Notes: generated by a model not told the origin, from the letters alone. A stretch of 64,000 nucleotides of DNA from Klebsormidium nitens (GCA_000708835.1 DF236995.1:1-64000), one strand, 5' to 3'; shown: positions 13,001 to 26,000, counted from the stretch's first letter. Program-made: numbers and translations.

Positions 13001-16000
13001 CGGCTGGTGGCGCACGATGTTCTGGCTGGGGACCATTCCAGGGTTCATCATCATGGGGGGAATGCAGTTTGCGGCGGAGAGCCCGCGCTGGCTCGGCAAG
13101 GTAAGCTCAGCTTTGAACTTTCGCATGGCGCAAACTGAAGGTCAACTTATGATCTTTCGTATGTTACAATCCGGGTATGATGGCGGACAATGTTTTGGCG
13201 TGGTACCATTCATCATTACGGCGGGATGCAGTTTGCGGCAGAGAGGTCCCGCTGGCTCGGAAAGGTGAGGATGATTCAGGAGCGTTGACATTTCATGTAT
13301 AAGCCTTATCAAGAGCACCGTTACAGGTGCGAGTTGTTTTTGAGTTCTGCCTTCCGGACTTGAGGGTCCAAGGCGCACGATGTTTTGGCCGGGCGCCGTT
13401 CCGAAGTTCACATTTGTTGGCAGATACAACTTGTGGCAAAGAGCCACGTTGGCTTGGAAAGGTGGATGTGATTCTGGATCTGTGAGGTTTTGGGATTCTT
13501 GACATTTGATTTCGAGTCTTCGTTTGCGATACACATATACTCTCCGTAAACTTTGCCTGGGGCAAAACGTGGAGCCACTCTTTCACCGCTGGCTGAACAT
13601 GTTCCTCTTTAGTCGTTGGAAGAACCGCCGTGCATAGAATCCGCCCATGAGCCGCAACTCGACGCAGTCGGCAAGTCTTACAATCGTGAGCTATTTGCCA
13701 AATATCACGGAGCCGCACGGGCTGTCAGCTAACACTTGCTCTTATTGAAGCGCTCAAGTCGTCGTCAATTGTCACGCTTCGTGGAGCGTGATCGAACGTT
13801 GCAAGCAAACCGGAAGCGCGCAACTTACATAATGTCGTTGTGCACAGGTTGGAAAGTGGGACGAAGCCCGGAAGACTTTAACCACTTTGTGGGGCGAGCG
13901 TTTCGTCGACGGCGCCATTGCTGATTTGGAGGCGGTTGCAGAGGCGGAGAAGCTGGAGAAGGACGAGGCCTCGTGGGCGGACATGTGGTCGCCGCGCTAC
14001 AGGAAAGGTGTGGCTCTTCGGGCTCCAACAAGGCCTCTTGAGAAAGGCCTCTTGAGAAAGGCCTCTTTAGAAAGGCCGCTCAAGATTCTTAGGTCCTAGA
14101 AAATGATTGGAATTCTGAACTGCGGTTGAATCATCGTAGTGCCCGGTTCCGTAAGTTTTGCGAAGCACGGTTTGGCAAGTCGGGTGTATTGAATGTTCAA
14201 TGTACATCAAGTGTTTGACGCAGTGAAGTATCAGGTAAGTTGTAAGTCGGCGTCCACATTCACGAGTGCACTTTAGTCGAAATGACAGAAATCACGTTTT
14301 GAACGTTTCGGGCGCCAATGGCTCGGTTTGCTCTGACGCTTCACCCTCAGAAGATGCGCCACTTTGTCCGCCAGGCCCATGGCAGCGTTTGCTTACCGCT
14401 CGTTGGTAAAAGTACAAGCTGTGCTGACGTCAGGAAAAGCACACCCAGACAAGCTCGGTAGTATGTCTTTCCCTATAAGTTGCCTTCCTGAAATAGACAG
14501 CCATTTTGGGAATAAGTTTCTGCTACATCGCGAGGCATTCTCCCTTTGGAAGCTGGACTGGCTCTTCTCCAACCTCTTCCGGCGGACTCACAAACGCGCA
14601 GAATCTGGCGTTCACCAACCGAGACCTGCCCTCCCTGCATTGCTTGCACTTCCCTCATCAATTTTTGTCTCCGTCAATCTTGCAAATCATCTGGTCAACG
14701 GTCGTCTTTTGAGGCTTGTCCGCTGATCATTCCACCTTCTCACTGCTTTTTTTTCACTTTTCTTCGCAGTCGTGGGAATTGGCTCCGTCTTGTTCATCTT
14801 GCAACAATTCGCGGGCATCAACGGCGTGCTCTACTTTTCCTCGACCACGTTTAAGGAGGCGGGGATTGGCTCCGACATGCTCGCGAGCGCGGCCGTCGCC
14901 GCCGCCAACCTCATAGGTAGGGGTTGATCTCCCTGCCATTTACCCCCCCCCCCCCTTTTTCTGTCTGGACTCTGTCATGCTCGCGAGCGCGCCCGTCGCC
15001 GTCGCCGCCGCCAACCTCATAGGTAGGGGTGGATCTTCCTGCGATTTACACCCCCCCCCTTTTTTGTATTGTTCAAGGAGGCGGGGACTGAGTCCAACAT
15101 GCTTTCGAGCGCGGCTGTTGCCTCCGCCAGTCTTACGGTTAGGGGATGCTCTCCCTGTCATTATCGCCCCCCCTTTCGAGTTTACGTTGTTCCCCTGCTT
15201 CGCGCCCATACCGTGGTTTGAGGACCTTCGATCCTCTCCATCGAACTGCTCTTCTCCATTGCCGGGTGTTTTCGACCGGCCACACTCGCGATCCGCGCCG
15301 ACTATTTTCCACTTCAGCCCCCTCCCAGTTTCCGAACCGGTCGATCCCTTCAATCCTACCGCTCTTTCCCTGCGTTTCTCATCCGATCGAAACCGTCGAT
15401 GCCGCTCATCTGACGGCTCTCTTTCCTTTCCAGGCGCTCTCGTTGCTCTGTACGTTATGGACAGAGCGGGCCGTCGGAACCTTTTGATGGGCAGTTACGG
15501 GGGCATGGCCGGCTCCATGCTTTTGCTCACTGCAGCCCTAGCGGTTCCGCAGCTGCACGACTCCGGCATCGGATCCGCTCTTTCCGTCGCCGGAACGCTG
15601 GCCTACGTGTTCACTTTCGCGCTGGGCGCTGGGCCTGTTACGGCGATTCTGCTGCCCGAGATTTTTAACACCAGGATACGCGCCAAGGGGATGGCGGTTA
15701 GCCTGTGCGTGCACTGGGTGAGTGTGACTAGCCTCCGCTTGCCGATCGAGTAGCCCCGCGTGTTATTCTTAACTTTCCTGGTTTCCGCTGACGTTTTTCT
15801 TAAGCCAACGATTCTTCCGGATGCCGAAATCCGGTCGTCAAGTCAAACCGTACTTGATGATCTAGCAACATCCAAATCCGTTGTCCTGAGAGGTTTCGAG
15901 CAAGTGTTGTTCCTTCCGTGCGTGGAACGAAAGCAATCATTGGATCAAGGTGGGTTTTAGAAACACCTTAGTTTGCCGGCTTGGCTGAGTTTTTTCGTCG

Positions 16001-16201
16001 CCGCTTCTGCAGGTTTGCAACTACTCCATCGGCCTGTTTTTCCTAGAGGCCGTGGAGAAGGTCGGAGTCGCTTCAATCTACGCTTTTTTTGCCGCGGTCT
16101 CCCTTGCGTCTGTCGCATATGCGAGCTCCCAGATCCCCGAAACAAAGGGGCGGTCACTCGAGGAAATCGAGAGGGAGCTCTATGGACCGGCGCCGGAATA
16201 G
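10080..16201 (+). CDS. MFS sugar-porter, plastidic glucose transporter (pGlcT/SGB1-like) family, with transit-peptide-like N-terminus; 9 exons
   Basis: Exons: 10080-10461, 11168-11327, 11665-11732, 12282-12514, 12894-13100, 13848-14007, 14770-14916, 15434-15717 and 16013-16201, all phase-compatible. Motifs: FGYHIGALNGPLEQIAADLGF, DSLGRRR, PLYISEIAPTKYRG, ESPRWL, QQFAGINGVLY, DRAGRR, LLPEIF and PETKGRSLEEIE. Confidence 0.92.
13190..13270 (+). repeat. Degenerate intronic copy of the 3' end of transporter exon 5 plus a donor site
   Basis: ATGTTTTGGC...ACCATTCATCATTACGGCGGGATGCAGTTTGCGGCAGAGAGGTCCCGCTGGCTCGGAAAG|GTGAGG mirrors the exon end ...GGAATGCAGTTTGCGGCGGAGAGCCCGCGCTGGCTCGGCAAG|GTAAGC at 13100. 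Confidence 0.8.
14030..14087. repeat. Short tandem repeat (AGGCCTCTTGAGAA-like unit, 3-4 copies) in a transporter intron
   Basis: The sequence reads AAGGCCTCTTGAGAAAGGCCTCTTGAGAAAGGCCTCTTTAGAAAGGCCGCT. Confidence 0.75.
14860..15145 (+). repeat. Three tandem copies of the 3' end of transporter exon 7 plus donor
   Basis: ATGCTCGCGAGCGCG...GCCGCCGCCAACCTCATAG|GTAGGGG occurs at the true donor (14917) and again at 15023. A third, more decayed copy lies at about 15075-15145. Confidence 0.85.
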
Positions 16202-18387
16202 GGACAGACTTTAGACTTCAATTCGTTTGGAGCAGCTTTCAAATGCCCTTCGGACATGTTGCTTGTCCGCACTTTTCCGTTTGGCCGGGCCAGGGGCTTT
16301 GTTCCGGTTGCGAAACGGAAGCCGGAAGTGGCGGGCGGAACGTGGCAGTGGTCGGCAGCGCGCTCGCGATCTGGACGGGGTTGGCTATTGCTAGCAAAGC
16401 TTTGTTGTTGTGAGTCGCTTGAAAGGAGATACCAATCTGCAGTGTACAAAACTGGTAAAGGGTTGATAGACACGCACGCGTAGGAATAAATGGCGCACCC
16501 AATAAGCTAGGTTTCTCCGATTGAACGGTTAGAAAGATTTTGGGCGGAACCCGGAGGCCCCGCCTCATGTGCAGCTTGGCATCGACCGGGCTTGATTGTT
16601 GTTCGTCACACGCGGCACGGGCGTATGTCTCTGCGAGCACCTTTTTAAAATACACAAGATGAGATTGAACAGGCGTGTGCTACGCATTTGCCAATTAAAC
16701 AGTTGGTTGACGCCCTGCGCAGCACCACTTCGGCGCCCGGCCGGCGGTCAGCTGGCATGTCGTGCGCGGCATGCTGTGGTTGATTGGAGAATTAGTTGAT
16801 CCTAAATCAAGCAAGGCAGCCGGAGTCGGACACACACTGAGTAAAGTACCTGGCTTCTGATATTCTGCGGAGTATGTTATCCTACACGTTCAAATATCGA
16901 GTACGGTCCAACAAACTTCAATGTGACCATCAGTGCCGATCTGCATATGTACTCGTGACTTAATATCTATATCGGAAAGCTATTCGAAAGAACCACTGAC
17001 TGATGAAACCATTTACGTTGCATAACTCAGTCATTGGCATGTTTCTCATGCATACCATGTTAATTTGCATGAATGCTTGTACGTTAGCTTACATGTAGGT
17101 TGAGTTAGGCCTTGCACACTAGCTGCTATAGAACAGACTAGCAGCCGCACGTAGCAAGCTAGCTGCGGGGTCAACAAACCATCCCGCCGGTATGGAGTCG
17201 GAGACCGTTTTCCATGCATGGCCATGGTGGCAAAGCCTGGCGTTAATAAATCAGAACTTACCATTGAAGAAACGAACTATAAATGCTGTATATTTCGCTC
17301 AGTGCCCATGTTCACGGTGGCGTGTGGTGCCTAGCCTGAGCAGGCTCACGCGGCAGTATGGAGAACACGCATCACTTGACAATAACCGTCCCCCTATCAA
17401 TCTGGCAATTGAGACAATAGATCATCAGTGCCAGGCCCCCGGCGCGGCCGGCCCGACATGCAGTGAGGCCGCCCCGCTTCGACTCGGAGACTGGCATGAA
17501 TATGATACAAATAGACGTGTCGAATCGACTCGGCAGCTACACTGGCCGCGCATTCAATGAAGCTCGTAGTTTATATATTGACAATCATCATCCAAGCTTG
17601 CAAGTTGTCAACATCTTCAACCCCTTCACATGCCATTGCGTTGCAATGATCGTCTTTTGCCAAGACTAGACTGATCAGTCTTGGTAGGGCCCCCACGATC
17701 TCAAGCAAGCAAGCTGCAGCGTCAACTCATTCACTGATTGTACCCCCGGCGGTCTCACCGGAGCATTGCCCCATGGCTCAGCGTGGCCCAGGGTTTATAA
17801 GAACATGTGACCATCTCAAGTTGCAGGACGGTAGCGGCGGGCTGGCAAGTCGCACACTGCACACCGCCGGCGAGTCGCGGGAGAGCCGGAGCGACGGGGG
17901 AGCTAGCGGGTGGCTAGCGGCGTAACTTGAACAACATGATTCCTACAGTAGTGTCCCCGTAGTGTCGTTGAGCATTGTGTAGCGGGCAATTCTAAATAAT
18001 CCTTACCGCGATGACATTGAATGATGTGTGAACTAGCATCAGGTACGTAGACCGATAGACCATCTGCATTCATGACATATGGAGTGACAGCGGGGAGCTG
18101 ACTCATCGACTCAGTACAGTGTTCAACTGTTCAATGCATCTGCTTCAATCATCTCAATCGTTGGCACTAGTATTGATGTCAAGATGTATATATGTCAGAG
18201 CCCTTGCGACATTGCGAAGCCAGGCTGGATGGCATGGCTGGATAACCTTTTCACATGAGCCGGGCATGAGCCTGGAAGAGTCGCACCTTGCCTGCCTCGC
18301 GGAGATGATATGCCGCCGCTCGAGGTGCACGCCATGCCGACATAATGATATACGGTACAGCCGGGGCCTATCATGCATCAGCTCATC

Positions 18388-18507
18388 GCTGTCGACCGGC
18401 ACGTGAAGGCGGGGCGGGGGGGCGAGACTGCCATTCTGTGGGAGGGGAACGACGTGGGGCGGGATTGTAAGCTGACGTTCCAGCAGCTACAGGACGAAGT
18501 CTGCCAG
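18388..18507 (+). pseudogene. Isolated exon fragment of an acetyl-CoA synthetase
   Basis: Translates without stops as AVDRHVKAGRGGETAILWEGNDVGRDCKLTFQQLQDEVCQ, followed by a GT donor (CAG|GTGTGC). This matches the DRH...AI.WEG....LT.....VCQ N-terminal segment of ACS enzymes. I found no other ACS exons in the window. Confidence 0.8.
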
Positions 18508-20034
18508 GTGTGCTTACCTCGCTTCTTGTAGAAAGACCTGGTGGCATGGCATGGCGGCAAGGCGGCCGCGCTAAACTGTCATGGGCGGCCGCGCTGCTTG
18601 CACGCCGCGCGCAGCTAGAGCTGTCACTGGCACGATCCGCGGCCGGCCGGCGACCGGCCGCGATTGCTGCATGCCGCGGCCGGCCGCAGTTGATTGCGAC
18701 GACGGTATCCTATACGTAGTAGTACGACCCGCAGGGTTTGCAGTGTGCACATGGGAGGGGTTTCAATTTTAATTGCAAATTCAGGATTCATTTCCGGCAA
18801 TCATGAAAGTCCTTACTGTGCCAGCCTGGCCCTTGTCAGTGCCCTTCTGATTGACACGTTTCGTAACATTAATTGTTGCAGGGTAACTTTTCGAGGCTTT
18901 TGACCACATTTCTCGGATCAGCTCGGAAATAGCTAAGTTTAGGAATACTATAAGCGGCAGGTATAATTGAAGCTCCACAGTCTGGGACGGGTGGGGTTAA
19001 AGTGGGGGTTAGGGTGGGTACGGGTGCGGAGCAGGTAGATTGTTGGGTTAGGGTTTTTGTGTTTGTTGGAGCTTATTAAATATGCCTGGCTCTTCATCAT
19101 AAAATTTAAAATATGCATGAATTCGATAATCTACCTAAATTACGGTAGTCCGTCATTTCGGATCGGTGTCGGACTCCGGAGCGGCGGCAATGTGCATTAT
19201 AGACGTCTGGGGTTCTTGCATTCATGACGTCTACGATGTAGTCATCAATCTGATGGAGGTGCAGTGCTCCCCAATGCAGCGGTTATGGAGCCTGAAGGCT
19301 GAAGTAGCATTGAAGCATACTTACGGCACATTGCCAGCTCGATTAGGCTAGCAGGAATCTGCTTCACAACGTATCCACCAGCTTGGTGGGGTCAGCCCCG
19401 TAGGCCCTGAGCGCAGGTCCAATGTGCGGTGCTTAGAACATCGTCAAATGGCCAATGATCGACATCCGGCAAAAACGCCGCCAATATAGCTTCTCTTATT
19501 GCACATGATCAAAGGTGGGATGAAAAACGCAACGGGCAGGAGATCTGCACCGCCAAAGTGCATTAATCCGTGGAAAGCAGGCGCTCACGCGCACTACGAG
19601 CTAACAGCTTTTTGGTTTGGGCCCTCGGGGCGCAAACAGTCCGCCGCGCCTGTTGAAAGCTCATCTGGTTGAGAAGTCTGGGGCCTGTCGCAGCTGAAGC
19701 CCGTGGGGATCTGGCAGCAAACAGCGCTTCCAGCGAGCTGGCTGATCCAAAGAGTGAAAGAGGCAGCTTTTCGTTGCGCCAGGTCCTTCCTGTCAACCGT
19801 GGCATTGATCTGAGTTTGCGTCATCCTTTGTGACTTGATAGATCTGCTTCCATGGGTATCTTCAGGGCTGCTTGTACGACTCCTAGGGAGCTCCATGAGG
19901 GGCGCACCTTCTGACTTTCACAACAGCCTCATTTGGAAAGAAAACACAGCTTGGCCTTGGTAGCAGCTGAGGAAAAACCCACACCAAGGCTCTTAGCTCT
20001 TTTATAAGACAAAGGCCTTCCGTTCCAGCAACAT

Positions 20035-23000
20035 ATGGCCTTCAGCTTCCAAACAAGTGGTATGTTGCTCCTTCCGCTAGCTGCATTTCTCGCCGCTTGT
20101 TTAGCAAACCCAGGGGCCGCAGTCAGCCCTAACCCAAGCATCCCATCCAACCAATGGATCCCCTCTAAGGGGGGGTGCAGCAAGTATTGCGCCGCTATGA
20201 TGCAAGTCTGCCCCCCATCCCTGTTTCCCCAGGATGGGTTCCAAGCTCTGGCTGACTGCGAGGAAGCATGCCCGCTTTATCTGGTGCGCGGAGACGACGC
20301 TGCCTTATGGGGGGACAGTTTTGAGTGCCGCTTTAACCATGTGGGTTACATCGTAAGTCAGCAGCTGCCAGCGGCGGCTTATTGCCCCCAAGCAGGTGCG
20401 AGCGGAGGTGACACGTGCGTCGGCGGAACAAAGCTGGAAGAGTGAGTGCCCACATATGACAACCTCCTCTTTTCTCATCCCTTCTTTCCAAACACAAATG
20501 GATGCGGTGCACATTTCTCTCTGTTTTTACTTCTGTAAGTTTCAATGCCTTCCTGTGACATCCTACGACGAACGCCTTCTGGTGATATGCTATATTTGCC
20601 TTCAACTGATCGTCTGCGTTGGCCCGTCTCCCGGACGTTTCACTTTAAAGTTTTTCTCATCTGTTTTCCCCCCCTTTCTTTTTTTCCTCCCCTCATCCCT
20701 TGCGGTACTCTGCGGTCAGGACTTCCCTGGTGTCTTAAACGCTGAACTTCTCTGAAACGTTTGTCCTCAAGGAACCTGCATGACATCCGTCGCATCTCCA
20801 AAAACAGACACTGTCAGTAAAAAGACGTTCACCACTGCTGAGTAGATGCACGATTGCTTTAGCTGTGGTGTTTAGAAAGCGAGAACCCCCTTTCACCAGA
20901 TTGTTCAAAGGGAAGACAGATTAGGCAGGAAGGCATGGTGCAGGGCTGTTCCTTTACAGACATGCATGGGGTACCTGATTGCGGGTCCACTTAGTGTTCT
21001 TCCGTGGTTAGCCTCCATTTTTGCTGCAAGTCGTACTTTCAGTCTAGGGTTTTTCTGGAAGGCAGCTGTCATCTCCGTGCCGATTCTTCTGATACGCCCA
21101 CAGTAGGTGATGATCATGTCACATCACAGTCGTTGTCCTTTTTTTGCTTCCCCTTTCCGTTTGAGTATGCCTATGCTCTACCTGCTTTACTGTGGTTATG
21201 CTTCCAACCTGGACTATCCATGCTTGTCACTTTCAAAAAGCAAGGTTTTCAGATACACTTGCCAGATACGCAATTTTTCTAGTCACAACATCCATATTGG
21301 TTGCTATAAGTCTTGTCTGCAAAGCGTTGTGCCTTAACTACCAGACAATCTGATGGTTTCACTTATCTGAGTGCAGTCAAAACAGACTGCCTCACTTTAA
21401 AACGTCCCTTCTCCAGGTTCTTCGAGCTAAAGTCGTTTGGGAAAGCTCAGCTGTGGAATGGAACTCGCTCGCCTCTTGGGAGCCTCCTTACCGGAACCAC
21501 CTACCTAGCAGAGGAGAGGCAGCAACTTCTGTTCAAGAATGTGTTCGACTCATACGAGTTGTATGACGACTTGGTATGTGCGCGGCTGAGCTTGCTACTT
21601 CCAGTGTAATCAAAACCTTCTAGTGCAGCCTCTTGGTAAAAGTCAATCTCTGGTTGAAGTTAAGTCTTGATTGAACGTGATCTATATGACGACGTCCCGG
21701 TACGTGCACAACTGAGCTTGCCACTTTTAAACCGTAATTAGACCTTGTAGTACAGCCTCTGGTGAAGAAGAACCTTGGTAAAAACTAGATTCTTGGTTCA
21801 AGCTATATCTTGGTTGAAAATAACTCTTGATTGATGTGAACCTTGGCTAAGCAGCCGGTGGCTGGTGTGTAGAAACGATGATCTGAGAATCAGAAAGAAT
21901 CAGGTTGTCACTCCTTTTCGGAGCTGCAGTGCCGCTCTTGCACGTCAATCCCGCAGGCGCCTCCACACGAGGCTTGGGTGACGTAAAGATTGAAAATCTG
22001 CATATGGAAAGAATAGAAGAGCGGTCAAAGATGCAGTTTTGGGAATATATTCAGGCCTTCGAGCAGGCACTCTTCGAAGTGATGGACAGAGTGTGGACAC
22101 CTGTCGATACCGTGTCCACTTGCGGATCATACAGACCGGCACGCTCTTCAGATCGTTCCAGGTTCTACAGTTCTGTGTGCCTTGGGTTGGAGCGGGCAGT
22201 CAAACCCCAGCCTCCTTGCCTCTTCGAACCAGCTGACACACTTCTAAATGTTCTCTCCTCTTGGCCTGCATTGCCCAATGACATAACCCGTCTTTCGTTT
22301 CCTTGCCTCAAGCATCCGAACATCAGCTGTTCTCCGTCCGACTTGCGTTACCGCACCGCCGACGGGCGGTGCAACAGCCCCTCCCTCCCGTCCATGGGCA
22401 TGGCCTCTACTCGATTTGGCAAGAACAACCCCCCCGCATTCACACCAGCCTCTTCCTCCGAGCTTCCCCCGGACCTGCTAAACCCCAACCCCTTCCTGGT
22501 CGCCGAGACGCTCCTGAGACGGAACGGCGGATTCCGGCCGGCGGAAGGGCTAAACCTGCTAATCCCGGCCTGGCTCCAGTTCAACAACCACGACTGGTTC
22601 AACCACGGGCGCGACGCGGCCGCGCCGCCGCTGTGCTTACCGATGGGGGCCCTGTCGGACGCGGATCCACTCGGTTCCGCAGCCCGGAACGGCAGCGGAA
22701 CATTGGAACAGGGGGCTGAATGTTTCAACCTTACGCGCACCCAGCAGTCGAGTCGGCCGGGGACTTTTGCCAATACTGTGACGCACTGGTGGGACGCTTC
22801 GCAGCTGTACGGTTCGGACAATCTGACGCAGGGGGGCCTTCGGACGTACGAGGGGGGGGAGATTTGCACAGTGAAGGGGCCGTTTGGAGAGGATCGGCTG
22901 CCGAGGGAGAGCGAAACCGGGTTACCGGTGACCGGGTTTAACGACGACTGGTGGATGGGGCTCAGTTTGATGCACACGCTGTTTGTGAAGGAGCACAACG

Positions 23001-26000
23001 CAGTGGCGCAGGCGATCCAAGTGAGTCCTCGAAGGGTCAAGTTTTCATTGTCTGGAGCAACAAGGAATCAGCAACTGAAAGGGGGGAAGAGCCCCTTTTC
23101 TATTCTCGCTTTCAACTCATCTTAGTTCTCCACGTGCTTGAGCTTTGAGGCGCTCTCAATAGAGGCGGGTCGATCAGCTAGGAAGGAAAGCGAGTAACGC
23201 TGGGGCTTTGTTGGCTCATGTCGGATGGACGTTTTCGTTGGCCTTCTTCCAGGGCCACCAAACCTCTTGCACTGATTGTTCCCAGCCTCCAAAACCTTTT
23301 TTTACGCAATTCAGCCCCAGACTCTGCTCTTCTGCTCTCAGGCGGCCGACCTGTCTCTCTCCGACGAAGAACTGTTCCAAAAGGCGCGGCTCGTCATTGC
23401 GGCGGAGATTGCCAAAATCCATACCCTCGAATGGATGCCCACAATTCTTGGATTCAACCCGGTGCTTTCCTCCGGGTTGGACATCATCTGGCACGGCCTT
23501 AGCGCAGACCTGCCCATCCCGTCGGGTTTTGACACCGGGATCCTGCAGGTAAGAAGGACAGGATTTGAAGAAGGAATCATCCGAAAAGGACTTGCGGGAG
23601 ACGATTTTACCTTTCTGATCGAGGATTAATGATCAGATTCTCATGTTTTGTGCCCGTTCCAGGGCTATTTTTAAGTTGGCGAGCTTTACGCGGCGTTTGA
23701 AGGATATTATGATCCAGGGGAGCGAGCATGCAAGTCTGTGCGACGGCTGTGACAAAGATCTCTCGGCTACCCTGCTCTGGGTATGCGAGCAACGGGCACG
23801 TAATCGTGTGCTTCAAAGCCAATGAAAAGTGATGAGGCTCTTCTGAGACTTTTTGATGTGCTGTCCACGTCTGCTCTTCGTTCCAGGTTCGTTGCACGTG
23901 TGTGCTCCGTCATGCGATTTTGGTTCGTAAACGGCCGAATCTTTCGTTTGCGAGTTTGAACGGTCTCGCTGACGTCAGCAACGCTCCCCTCCTTCTCTGA
24001 TCGCACCCGGCAATTCATGTGACCGTCTGTTGACGCTCCTCCCCCCCCTCTCAGTTTTCGGCGGCTCTGATCGTTGGTGCATCTTCTTCCCTGCTTGGCA
24101 GAGCCCAGCAGTTCGGGGCATCGCCGACAAGACCTACTACGCCGGGACGCCTTTCTCCATCACCGAGGAATTTGCGGCGGTCTCCCGAATGCACTCTCTG
24201 CTGCCGGAGACGATAACGCTCCTGCCAAACAGCACCGTTAACGGGGGCCCGGCAAATGTGACGGTGTATCCGGTCAGCAACACGTCGTTTGCGGGGGCGG
24301 AGGCGCTGCTCGACCGGCATAGCATCCAGGAATGGCTGACCGCTTTTGGAACCGGTAAGCTTTGCGGAGCCTTTGTTCACAAGAGCGCCTCGTATCGACT
24401 TTTATCTGTGTCGAGACGGCTGTGGTCGCAGCTATGCTCGGCATGAGCTCCTTCTAAAAGGACGAGCAAAGTTTGATCAGTTCAAGTGCGACTGCCCATT
24501 TTGGCAGTCTGAGAATGGCCACAACGGCCTGAGATCGTCGTTTCGATCTGACCTTTCTTGCCTCCGTGGAGAAGCACGGGCATTTGCGGCGAAGGTCATC
24601 GCAGGTGAAATATTGCGGCACTTGAGAAATTTGGGCTGCCCATAGAAGTCTGCTTGCTTCTCTGTACCCGCTGTGAACAGTCTCTCAGTCTAGCATTGAA
24701 AAGAAGCCGACCCATCGAGCCACGCGTCCACGCAGGCACCCCCGGCGCGCTGACGCTGAACAACTACCCTGACTTCCTCGCCACACTAGTTCACCCGACG
24801 AGGGGATCCCTCAACATGGCCGCCATCGACATCGTGCGCGACCGCGAGCGCGGCGTACTGCGCTACAACGCGCTCCGGCGCGCGCTGCGGCTCACCCCCA
24901 TCACGACCTTCGAAGACCTCACGCGTGAGGAGTACACCTTATCTTGTAGCGTTGCCAGATTTAAGTCTTTTTCTCACGGTTGAGTTGGAGAACGTTTGAT
25001 CCAAACGGTCGGTGAAAGGCTGAGGGTGCTGCTTCAACGTTTTGACCAGGTTCGACCGAATATGCTTAAGGAAAGGGCAGATCAGAATCTTCTTATCTAT
25101 GCCATTCAAAGGGAGGGGTCAGGACATTCTGCAAGAAACGCTGTGCTGGGAACTGACGTTAACTCTCTTGGAATAGGAACCACAACTCATTATGCTTCTC
25201 GCCGCCATAAAATCAATCGCGGTGCAGCTGTACACGTACATCCAGAATCTTGTCGACACACACTGCCTTGCTTCCTTCTTCTCCGTAGCCGACACGAGCG
25301 TTATGATCCTGCCCCGTCTCTTGTTCCTTGTTTCTCTCATGAACCGCTCCTTTATTTATTGCCGCGACTTCCCGAGCTTCCTAAACTGATGAAACGCCTC
25401 TTCATCGGTCCGTCATTCCCTATTCTCTCATCTGATGAACGCCTCTGCAATCCGATTCACTCCCCCTGTATCTCATCCGCAGTCTTTCTCTTCCGCAGCA
25501 AACGCGACGGTCGTGTCCCTGCTCCGCTCCGTCTACTCCAGCGCTGATGACGTGGACCTCCTCGTCGGCTGCCTCGCGGAGGAGCCGCGGCCGCGGGGTT
25601 TTTCGTTCGGCGAGACCGCATTCACACTCATCCTGCAAATGGCCTCTCGCCTCCTCAAGACCGACCGCTTCTTCCAGGAGGCCTTCACGCCCAACGTGTA
25701 CTCGCAGACGGGGATTGACTGGGTCAACAACGCAACGTTCAAAAACGTAAGTGCCTTGATTCGAGAGAAATGTTTCGGTAGCTAAGTCGGTTACCGCCGT
25801 GAGGCGCTCTGACCTGAGGTCGTTTGAAGTCTGTGACCGACGCTCTTGAAAGATAAGAATTGTCAAAGGCGAGCGAGAGAGTGAGGTCCGGTCCAAACTT
25901 TGAGCATAACTGTTGAGGCCCTTGAATTAACACGTTCAAGTGGACGGTTCTTTCCTCGGCTCGGATTTCGATGTCCGTCCAAAGCTCGCGCCGTTCTCGA

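Noticed and set aside
21905-22312. N-terminal part of ORF 21905-23125 as coding sequence
   Set aside because: DOX homology starts only after the AG at 22311-22312, and exon 2 splices in phase to 22313, so this is an open intronic frame.
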